The notes beneath the pieces were generated by a model. The model saw only the letters and a program-made list of their open reading frames with translations, made no database searches and had not been told where the DNA came from. Source: Ascidiella aspersa (Eukaryota). From it: DNA of 64,000 nucleotides. Shown in pieces: positions 36,001 through 48,000 of the stretch. A program made the position numbers and the translations under genes. Every line of letters starts with the position of its first letter. The stretch's first letter is position 1. The stretch covers positions 4,712,001-4,776,000 of the forward strand of contig OZ004610.1 in assembly GCA_963924565.1 (NCBI GenBank), read 5' to 3'.

Positions 36001-39000
36001 AAGATTTGTCTTCAGTGTTAGCAAAAAATTAAACTAGAAATATGAAGAACTAACAATAGCACACGGGAAGCCACCGCAGACTTATCGACAGGTTCGGTTA
36101 GACTTCGATGACTTCCGGTGTACGATGATACGTAAGTCGTTCAAGTTGGTCAATAAGCGACTTTAGAAGGGCTTGATCACAGTTGTTGAACACACGTGTG
36201 TGTGCATATTTCACTTAACTAACAGCAGTAAATTAAAATAATTATTTTCCGTACAAGTTGCATCTGCTAGGTTTGTTGCCTATCTTTGTTTTTTTTATAA
36301 TATGTAGAATTAATATAATATGGCCCTTTTTGAATGCAATGCAATTGCTTTTAGTGCAAAATATCTTGATGATAATATTTTTAAAAGTTTCAGGGACGTT
36401 TCGGATAAAAAGAGTTGGGAATTGTTGCGCACTAATTCAAGTGCTTTTTCTTTATATTTTTTTAAGACTGTTACATTATTTCAAGTTTGATAAAATCGAT
36501 TTTCGGTTATACGCTTAAATCACTCGATATCTTATTCACTAACGTCAAAAAAAAATACTTTTGGCACAAAATGAACAAAACTGGTTCCAACAAAATCGAA
36601 AGACTTCCAATTAACATTGTTTTGGTAACAAACTTTATAATAATCTTTGAGCAAGCAAGTCTTGAATCGACGGAAACCATGAACATTATTTTAAGCATAT
36701 TCATTAACAGCTGAATGTCAAGCAATATCTGGAACTGTTTTTTGTCATATTGTCAGGCTGAATGAACCTAAAACGTAATATCACTCGATACATGATCCTT
36801 TCATATATCGCTGACGTCTTAAAAGTTAAAAAATCAAATGTGAGAAACTTCAGAGAGGCGTGATCTTTCTCTTGGCTCTTTTGCTAATTGCGTTAATCCT
36901 TTGCGAACGAACTGCGGAGCCAGCGGGACTAACTATACTTGCCACAGATTCGATTAATTTATTGAGAATCGCGCCCCGATGACACATCGCGTTAATTGCT
37001 CTTGTGAATAATTCAAACCCCAACCGTACTCTCTGTCTGTTGTAGTTCCAATGGTATGAGGAGACGTTAAGGTTAATAAGGACGTGAGTGGAAATTTTTA
37101 AATTGACTGACGGCTGTAATTTGGTTGGAGAAAATCACAACCAAACAAGCCAGTTTGAAATAATTTTAGTTGTAAGTAAAACATTTGTAAAATAACCTAA
37201 GTGTAAGGTGATTAAGTTAATGCACCAAATTTGACCAAATTAAAATTTCACTCCAAAATTGCACACTGTTGTAAAACAGTCGTTTGAATAGACTTTAGTG
37301 CTAATTCAATTCATATGCATCTACTTAATACCATAATTTTACCTCATTTAAACACTTTAAACAAATGATTTTGAAATTACTTTTGATCATGGTAATTATG
37401 TGCAAAATAAGCCTAAGTAAAAGTTAATCAAACATATGTCATTTTTAGCAAATTAATACCCAAATTTTATCAAATTAAAACACTTAATTTTTACTAGAAT
37501 ATCACTCTATCGTAAACAAGTTATTTTAAAATGACTTTAGGTTTAAGTTAAGAAAGTACAATATAACCCTAGCCTACTTTAAGTCAAGCCATTGTCAACA
37601 GAAAAATATCCAAATTTTATCAACAAAAATTGCAAAATAAGTTTGGTCTATTGTAAGTCAAATCATTTTAAACACCAATTTTAAACAATTAGTTATTTAA
37701 ATCTAATCAGGGGTTCTTAAACTGGGATCCCTGAACTCCTTAAGCGTCCGTGAACTGGGTTTAGGGGAAAGCCACAGTTGAAATATTGGTGTATATTTAA
37801 CGGACCAATTAATTTTTGAAAGAAATTAGTTTAACTATATTAAAACGGTTTTGCACTGAATTTGTTTAGACTGCATTTCACTTTTGCACATTTTGGACCG
37901 CAATTAGAGGACGTACGTCTATTTGTATTGTGACGTCAATTTATGACGTCTTTTTTTACTTTTCTTGCCTACTGTGGTCCAGCATAAAAAACGGCAAAAA
38001 AAATTTAACCACCTCTGATCTAAATACACCTATTTTATACACAATAAAAAGCTGCTTTATTGAGTAACAATCCTTCCATTGTGAAACAGGATGACGGCGA
38101 GGGAGGTGTCGGCACAGTGATCCAAATCGGATACGCGGGAAGTAAAAGTCCGGAGAAGACAGTTGTGGTTCAGTGGGATTCGGGTCGACGAACCAACTAC
38201 AGAGTGGGATATAAGGGAGCCCATGATCTGCTGGTATTGGACAGTGGGCCTGCCGGTGAGTTTTTAAAGTAGCCTACAGACAAAATGACCTCAGTAAAAT
38301 ATACTAAAAAAACTTGGTTTTAATTTTTTTAATGTTCGATGCAAGCAATTTTTTTAATTCGAAGTCCTTAGTGTTTTAATCTTCGGAAACAAGCTGGTTT
38401 GAAAATCAAGGCCAAGTTTAGAACAGAACGACATAAATTATAACCTACAAAAAAGAAAAAAAACAAAAAAAAAACAAGTTTTTACTCGTCATCTTTTCCT
38501 TATTGAGTTAAAAAAATTGTTTTTAAAAACACTTAAATCCAATTTAGAAGTCCCAGTCCAACAAAATAACTTAAATTTCAAGTTGTTTACATTGTATGAT
38601 CTCCATAATGAGGGCTTTTTTTGTAGAAAGTTTCTGTAAGGTACAGGGGTTCCCAAACTTTGGGATTGTGAAGAACCGACTGGAAACTTTTACATTTTAA
38701 ATGTTTCGTTGTCTGTGGCGCTGTTTATATTAATTTGAAACCCTGGCAGTAAAAGTACATGGGCTTTTTGGCTACTGGTAAATACATTGACCAAACTTTT
38801 AAAAACCGCTGACCCGAATGGATGTTTTGAATAAACTGATTTATTTCGCAAAAAACACAGGTCGCCTTAAACAGAACGACAAGTAAGGGGTGAAGGTGTA
38901 ATGCAGGGGTTTTTAATTTTTTTTACGCGGACCCCTAAAATTTTAAATTAAAAAATTACGTCATAAATTGACGGCCACAGTGTAGTGTTACTGATTTCGG

Positions 39001-42000
39001 TCCAAATATGTGAAAGTAAAATGGAGTCTAAATACATTCAGTGCAAAACCGTTTTATTTTTAATCAAACTGTTTTCTTTAAAACAAAGAATTATTTCTTA
39101 AATATACACTAATATTTCAAGTAGCCGTTATGGGCCCCTAAAACTAGTTCAAGGCCCCCAATGTGTCCATGAACCCCAGGTTAATAACCCCTGGTCTAGT
39201 GGCTGCAATCTTTCCATTGGCCAAACACTAAATTGTCAGTAATGTTGAGACCCAGTCCTCGGACAACCGGTCTCCTTACGGAGCTGGTGCCACTAACTAA
39301 GGTATATGGCCAGAGTTGAACTGCGCATCGGCAGAAGGTTAACGATTTTAACTTTTTGTCAATAGTGTAATTAATTATACATCAGTATAAATGTGTCGGT
39401 AGTTTTAGTTTTACTGCCCTCTAAGAAACCGTTGTTACCCAAGAAACAAATGGCGGGATACCACCCGCAGTGATCACGAAAGACCATTGTCAAGTAAGTA
39501 TCTCAAAAAGTAAGTTAAGTTAAGGGGACGAAAAGCTTTTCTTTACAATACAAAATTACTTAAAACTTACGCTTGACGTCTAATGTTATCTTGCAGGAGT
39601 CGAACACCCCGGAACGCATTGTGACGCGTGCCTACGTCACAACATCCGCGGCGCTAGGTGGCGTTGTGCCGACTGCGGGAACTATGACCTTTGCACCCGG
39701 TGCTACATGACCCGGAAACATGACGTCAGACACCGGTTCAGGAGGTTCGACTGCGCAAAGTCGATGGGGTGAGTTTCTGGATGGGTTGAGGCAGTGCTGG
39801 TTCTCAGGCGGGGTGCCGCAGCACTGTGGGGTGATATTTTTAACGCTTAAGGGTGCCGAAAGATATTTCAAATTTTTTAGGATTTTATTTTTTGCTCTAT
39901 TGGTAAGCTTCTTTATACATTTTTTTGTGCGATAAAAGTGCCACGAATTAAAACGTTTTTTCAACCTTGTTGCACAGTTTATGTGCTGTTTCAATCTCGT
40001 TTGTTGTAACGTTACAGTTAACCACTCAGTCAAAACACGAGCAAGGGTGTCGCGAACTATTTATTATTTCTGTAGGGTGTAGCAAGTCAAAAAAGGTTGC
40101 GAAACCCTTGGCTAAAGGGTAAATGGGTTAGGTGGTTAATCGAAGGAGATTTTCTTATTATGTTCGTGAAAGGGTTGATTGGGGTTAAGGTTGGGTGAGT
40201 TTGATAGAGCAGGAGGTTAAATTTTGAGAGGTTACGGTGGGTGGGTGAATTAGTAAGTGTTAACTTCCCGCCGCCACAACCCTTCAACCCCGTCCGCTAC
40301 ATTGCTTACTGCAATAATTGCTGGCAAGGTGTGTAATGATATTTGGCGCAACTCACAAATGCCCGCGTCTCGCAATCCTTTCATGAAACTCAACATAATT
40401 GTGTTCGGGCAGGTTGAGGGTAAAAGGGTTTGTTAATTGGGTGGTGGTTTATTATGTGAGTTTGTGACGGGGGTAATTGGGGTAAGTGTAAGGGTTCGGG
40501 TAAGTTTGTAAGGGGTAGCGGATCAAACTTTAAGGGCTACGATGAGTGTGGGTTACTTGGTGAGACGTGATTCAATAAAAGGGTAAGGCGCAATGGTTGT
40601 TTCATGGCAAAAAGAATATTCGCAACATAATTTCTACAAAAAAAACAAAATGAAAGTTTGACACTCACCCCATTAACACAGCACGTATGTAAGTAAATAT
40701 CATATTGTTATTAGTTATAGAATAAACAGTGGACATTCATGGCTCGCCCCCCTTAAACCACGTGCTTGTGCGTATTTTTCACACGCCAAACCTGCAGAAT
40801 TTTTGGCGCCTTTGTTAGCGTTTTAAGAAATCAAACCTGGTCTATGAAACCTTTGTTTAAGACTATCAACATTACAAAAGTGCTAATTGACAAACTTTTA
40901 TTATTTTTTACATAAGGGTGACAGTTAAGCAATCTAAAGGAGAGAAAGGGTGCGATAAGGGGACACACCCGTGGTTTGGGTAAAGGGTGGGGCCTTTAAG
41001 GGCCCTATAAATATCCAGGCTCGTGAGAGGTGGAGTCCCTGGGAACATATTTTCGTGTCATTAAAATAGCCGGGAGAATTGGGTTCAAAGTGGCACGTGA
41101 GTTATTTTTAACCCCGGCAAGTAAACTGTTATCGGCGCGATTCAAAAAGACGTTTCGATACGCACTTGTGACGTCATCATTTATTGACACTAGCGCGTAT
41201 CGAAGCGTCTCAATCAAGATGACGGCGATTTACTCGACCTTTTTGGCTTTGAGATTCATTATAAAGCTGCATTACATTACAATTTGTCATGTTTAAATGT
41301 CGTTTTTGGATGCTTTTTTTTTTCAAATATTTGTTAGTTATCTTTTCCGAAGCTAGATCAGTTTCTTCTATTTGTTTGTTTCAATATGTTTTCATTATGT
41401 TTTTCAACATTTTGTATTTTTGTTGCAGACAAGATGTCGGATGCCGGACCACCCTTACCCCCATCAAGAGTAGGGGGCTTTACCCAGGGGCTAGGGTGAG
41501 GAGGGGTACCGATTGGGAGTGGGGCGACCAAGATGGGAATGGGGAAGGAACCATATTGGGGTGAGTTCCGAGGGTTGTGAGTTCGATCACCGGGGTAGGT
41601 GCACGACATAATGTTTGCAGGTTGGGAGGTTTTGACGATGTTTATTATATATATATTGTGTGTGCATTACCGAAATCCCGATTCGAATATAAATGCGTCT
41701 TTGGGGTAAAGTTAAATATTAAAGATCTTTGTTTTTATATATATGTTACTGTATGTCTGCAACCAAAACCATTAGGTCACGATTGGGTTTGTCCGTTGAT
41801 AACGGATCGGGGCTACCAAATGGAAATATCGGCAATCGTCCGATACTATAAGGGTACTTTGCATCAGGAAAATAGTTACTTTTTACCTTTTTTGCTTCAA
41901 AACTCACTTATATAAACTGGGAGAAAAAAGGCTTTAAGTTGTCCACAGCGTCTACACCCGTCAGACAACACGCATTAAACAGGAAGACAATATGAGGGGC

Positions 42001-45000
42001 TGGGTGACTTGCATTATGACGTCACAGCCCTAATGCACCCAGAATTGTCCTACGATCGCTATCTCTTTCAACTTTCTTCTTTTTCACTTACCTGTCAATC
42101 AAACGGCCACGTGACCACAAGCCATTTGCGGTCATAACGGTTGGTGCGGTGTCCCGATGTTAACCCCCCTGGAAAGATAAGGAATCGTCCAAAGCTCTCA
42201 GTTCTTTCAGCAAACTGGTTCTGCTGTCTAGGGATATCTCCGCTTGATAAATGACTCTGCACATCTGTCACTTAACACTCCATTTCAAACGAATACAACC
42301 TCCTCTGTGTCGTCGCCGTGACGTAACAATTCACAAAGTCACTGTGACGGAACAATCTGCTCCGAGCTAATGTTTACTGTTTGCTAAATGGGCAATTTTA
42401 GAGTTTGAATTGTAGCGCAATAGGGCCCTAAGGATTTCGCCAGGAAATGTTGTATTTTTCAGATTTAGCTGTTTGTTTTAATAAAGATATTCATCATACT
42501 AATCAATTTGTTTCGTTTCAGATAAAGCTGTTTTAATGATCTAATTTTAATAGGAAACCTGTACTAAATAATCGTTTAATGTTTTTGAAGTTTACGTTGT
42601 TATGAATATGTCAGTATGAAGTAAGTCCCGGTATGACATGTATTTTTGGCGAAACGGAAGGAAAGTGTATTTTACTTTCTCAGCAATATTGAAATGCAAA
42701 ATACGTTAAGAGTCACAAGATTGTACAACCATGCTTGTCAACATTGCAATACAATTTATTTCTAATTATATTGTTATATATTTATTTTTTTAGGCATTTC
42801 CGTCACCGAGATATTTGCGCAAAAAACGCAAATGTGATTTTATTGCAACAGAACGCTAGCAAGTTACAAAAGCTTGGTAACACAACCGCGCCATTTTGTC
42901 AACATTTTTTTTAATAAAATCGTCTCTGCTGTTTTTAATTTTATATTTTACCCCTGTTTAAAGGTATTCAAATGTAAAGTGTATTATTTCTAGCTTTATA
43001 ATACAAATACCTTTTTTTAACTGAAATTGTAGGTTTTTTTGGACTTTTTATTCTCAGCTGCCACTTTAACATTTTTAAAAACTAACAACCATATTGCCTA
43101 TGAGTTAATATTTACACCGCTTCGAAACTTATTAAAATCCATTTATTTTTGAAAATTCTAGGAGAAATATTAATATTACGCCACTCGCCAGTTACGACAA
43201 AAAAACTCTTTCTTAAATCGAATAAATCTGACTTGGTCGCAAAACAGTCTGAAGTTTATTTCTTACAGTCCAAATAATCGTTGAAGTTGGCCGTGTTCTT
43301 TTAAAGTTACCCACTACTCCACGAGGGATGTACGATAGTATTGTATCAGAACCGATACCCGATACGAAACGGTGGTATCGGCAGTCGTCCGATACTTATC
43401 TGGAATCGGTGCCGATCCTATATACCAAATTAATACAGGGAATTCAGCGATGATTTGTGATTTAAAGCAGCGACTTTTACTTTGAAAGGCAAATTTATCA
43501 AAAAGTAGTGCCAGGAGATAACTAACTTCTGTACGATAAAGCAAATTTTGGCCTAAAGACATAGAAAAAAAATCCATGAACATTTTTAATTTCATCTATT
43601 TTATTGCATGGGTAGAGTAATAACGCCATTTAGTAGCAGATCGGATCGCGATGTTTTTTATTTCTAAAATTTCGGGTATCGGTATCGGATTGAAACTTCA
43701 AGTGTCGGACATCTCTATTTAGAAATGCGCAAATTAATCGGTGGCGAAAAACTTACAAATATAATTAAAAACAAATTGTAGTTCAACCTTGACAAGCTTC
43801 GTAAAAATATCGGCTATCGCTATAAATTGCAAGTATCGAATACATCTCTATTTAGAAATGCGCAAATTAATCGGCGGCAGAAAACTTACAAATATAATTA
43901 AAAACTAATTTTAGAATTTTGACAAGCTTTAGTAAATATATGAGCTATCGGGTATTGGAATAAATCGTCAAGCATCACACGTCCCTATTATACTGAAAAA
44001 TATTTTTCGTTATATCAACAAAATACCCTTTACAACCGAAATTAACCCTATTTAAAAACTACAACAATATTTTTTCCCCTATATAGTGACAATTTGCCGG
44101 ATTCTGACCCCAGTGGAACCGTTCGGGTCAGATGGGAGCATCAGCCCCCCCTGGTCCCCCAGGCCACTCGCTACCGGGTCGGGCACCGTGGGAAAGTCGA
44201 CCTACGCTACGTCACACCCGGAAGTGGAATCCCCTACTTTAAGGAGCACCTTTCGACGTGCAGTGAGTTTTACCATACACATTTTTTATTACATTTTTAG
44301 GCATATTGAAAATCGTAAAATAAAGTTTTTGGCGTTTGGGGGGATAATGAAAGTTTTACTTCATAGATCAGGGGTCGGAAACCTAAGGCCCGCTCATGTG
44401 TTTCATCCAGCCAACCATTTCTTTTATAAACTGGGCCCCAAGTTCTTAAAACTGGGCCCCAAGTTCGTTTTTTGCTTCTTTTTGTGACAAAATGAAACAG
44501 TCATATCTAACGAAACTAATATGTCTTTATTGGCGGCTAAAAAATAGTAATAGGGGTATTTCCGGGCAAATGCAAGACTTTGGGATCTACTTTTACAATT
44601 TTTTTTACAAACACCAATCACTGTGAAGCCTCAACCCTACTTCTGTAGAAGCTATTTATTCATTTATGTCAGTGGTTCTTAACCAGGGCTCGGTCGAAGT
44701 CTTGGGGTCCGACGAAGTTGTTTCAGGGGTTCAGCGTGTTCATATGTATGCAAGCTTTCATGTTCAGCATGATTACTTAAGCAACACTGCCGCCATTGTC
44801 ACATCACCGCTCAAATATCAAAGTGATATCACCCTTGTGTTATATTACTTAAAGCATTCTGGAATTTATGAGAACCTACAGTTTTCTTTTACTGTTAAAG
44901 GTACTTCAGTCTCAAATACATTTTGTGGTGTTTATCCTTATAGCATTGTATCACAAAAAACATGTTTAAATTATTATTATGTTATCAGTCCTTGTAAGGT

Positions 45001-48000
45001 TATATTAGATAGTTAACATGATGTACTACCTCATGTTATAAATATTGTGACATTTGTATATGTTCGTACATAAGGGTTTTTAAATTTATAAAAGTTTGAA
45101 TTTACAGTAAATATTTTTTAATTTTTTTTTTTTAATAAGTTTATAATTTGATATACCCAGTTTCAGTTGCATATTTATAGCGCACGGGTTGGCTAGACTA
45201 GGTGTTTTAAGATTAAATGTTTTATGACGTCATATTTAAGTCATCCATGACAACTTTAATGTTACTCCTAAACACAAATCCTGGATACGGCCAATTTGAT
45301 AACAAACATAGAAGGAAGAAACAAATTCTGATCGAAAATTTAGGGTCCGACGAAAGCTTGCAGAATGATATGGCAGTTCGACAGGTTGTCAAAGGTTAAG
45401 AACCACTGATTTATGTTATATATTTTTATTCCTATAGTTATAGTAACTAAATTGTAACAATTCACCTTTATATTGCTCCGAATAAAAATAACAATGCCCC
45501 ATTGTTCGGTCACAAGGTGCAACTCGCGTGGTCAGGAGCAGCGAGCAGTCAAGCGTGTCTTCCCCCTGCCCGTTCCACGTGGGCGACAAGGTCACAGTGA
45601 CCTTGCCTCCCGAAATACTGCGCGATATGCTTCACGATCATGGCGGCTGGCACAACAAAATGGCCAGCGTAAGTTTAATATTTGTTTATTTGTTTATTAA
45701 AATTCGCTTTTATGCTAGATAGTCAGATAGTTTTAAATTTAATTCTTAACAACGGTATATACAATATATGCAATATACATGCAAAATTTGAAATTAGAGA
45801 AGCGTCCATAGTTTCCAGAGGGCGGCAAAAGACTGTTAAGTCATCTAGTCAGCTGTCCCCTAGCTGTGATTCAATTTTTGTTAAGCATTTTAACAAGAAA
45901 AAAGCATTTTAACAAGAAAAAGGGGAAACAATTACAAAAGCTAGAAATAAATACTTGACAAACAAAAAATGCAAAACCAAATACATTATATTAAACAATT
46001 AGAGTTCCATTTGAACATGTTTAACGTTTTACTGCTATGCCATCGTCCCCATTGTGGATAAATTGCTAAATATAATTGTTTACCAAAGTTTTCTACACAA
46101 GTCGTTTTTTTTCAGTGGAAATATTTTTTTTCTGTGTGTATCGAAAATAGAGCTCCTCTTGGTAATTATAATTGCTACCCAACGTTTCGGTGAAGTCGCT
46201 TTTTTTTTCAGATTAAATAAAAAACATTATATTATTCAGTCCACGATATGTAAACTGTTGCAAAATAATAATCAAAACATTTCTTTGGTAATTGTATTTG
46301 TTTTACAACGTTTCGGCAACTATTAAAGTCGCTTTCTTAATATCAGATTTTATTCAATGAAAAGAAAAACGTTGGTTAACAATTATAATTACCAGAAAAG
46401 CTATTTTTTGATTAAAATTATGCCTGGTAGGCCGTAGCAATAATTTATTTATTTGTTCGTTTTTTGTCGAATTTTTTTATTTGTTTTATGAAGCCAAAAT
46501 CCTCCCCGTAGAAAATTTAGTTATCTCCAATATTTACTTTTAGTTTTAAGATAAAAAAACAAACAAAAAACCCTGGATTTGATTGCAAGCTATAGCTCAA
46601 ACTCAATTTCGTATCGAACAAGCGCCGATACATTTACTTGGCAACGGGTATCGGATCCGATCCGATATTATCGGACATTTAATAAACATAAATTTACAAA
46701 ACCACTAAGTTTTACGTATTTTATTTATTTGGCTTGCTACAGTAGTAATTCCGTTTCTGTTTTGTTCATTAAAACAGAAATGTTAAAGACTCAAAAAGTG
46801 TAGGCCGACTGAATCATGGAATTCAACAAGAATCATTGAATTACTAAACGTTTAAATAACAGCCCTAGCCAGTGCAAACTGCGGAACACTGAGTGGATAA
46901 TATTGCGCAATAAGCATACTTGTCTCTGTCAACATTGATCCCCCTAACACCGAATTCTCTTCACTGCATCCCAAGTTACTGGAGTGTTTACAATCCACGT
47001 TCTCAGAAAATTTCTTAAAAGTAAATTTACAAAAGACTTCTAGGTGTGTTTTGTTTATTGCTGCGATCTGTTAGTTGCAGAAACAAGAATATTTCTGCAA
47101 TCTGTTAGTTGCAAACAAAAAACAAGAAACATTACGCAGAGTGAAAAACTTTATTATTTTTTTCAGTTGATCGGAAAGGTAGGTCACGTGCACCGCATCA
47201 CGACAAATAATGACGTCAGAGTCCAGTATAACCCCTCAGATTTGGACGGGTCGGACAATACCACCTTGCGGAAGGAGAAATGCAGGTGGACCTTCCACCC
47301 GGCGGCGCTACAGAGAATAGAAGGTGGGGTTTGCACAACACAAAAAATATGGTTATCGTATTTTGACGCTAACGTTATATAACTTTTTTTAAATGATATT
47401 GTGCTACACACAAAATTACCTAATATTTTTCTCGTTTTTCTCACATAATAAATAACAAAATACCCATATTTTTGTCCCTCGAAAGTCAGGGATGGGTAAA
47501 ATTATTAAACGATTGTCAAATAAATATGTTTTTTGTACTTTCTATTTTCATGTCCGTTTAGTTTATTTGAGAGAAGGTTTTTTAAGTTTTTCCCGATGCT
47601 GTGTTTTGAAATCATTCATTGGCAGAATTTAAAGACTTGTTTTTTTTAGAAAATGAAAACCGTTCATCCTCTATCAACACCACGACGCCCCCGAGCGAGG
47701 TTTGTTTAGATGTTAAATTAAAAAAATAATGGTTAAAAATTTAGTTACGTCATATATCAAGTATGCAGTAAGAAACCCGAGATTATCGTTCGATGTCGTG
47801 CGCAAATGTGCAACTGTAATTTTAATTAAACTACTTTCGAGATTGCGACATTGAAAGGAGACGTAAAAATACTTTTGATTGTTCCAGGTTTTACTTTTCA
47901 GCAGCATTTTCTGATTGGTGTTATTGAAAATTTGGAATAAATAACCAGCTGTGACTTGTATACAAAAATTAACTGTAATGTAAATAAAAACATGCAAGTT

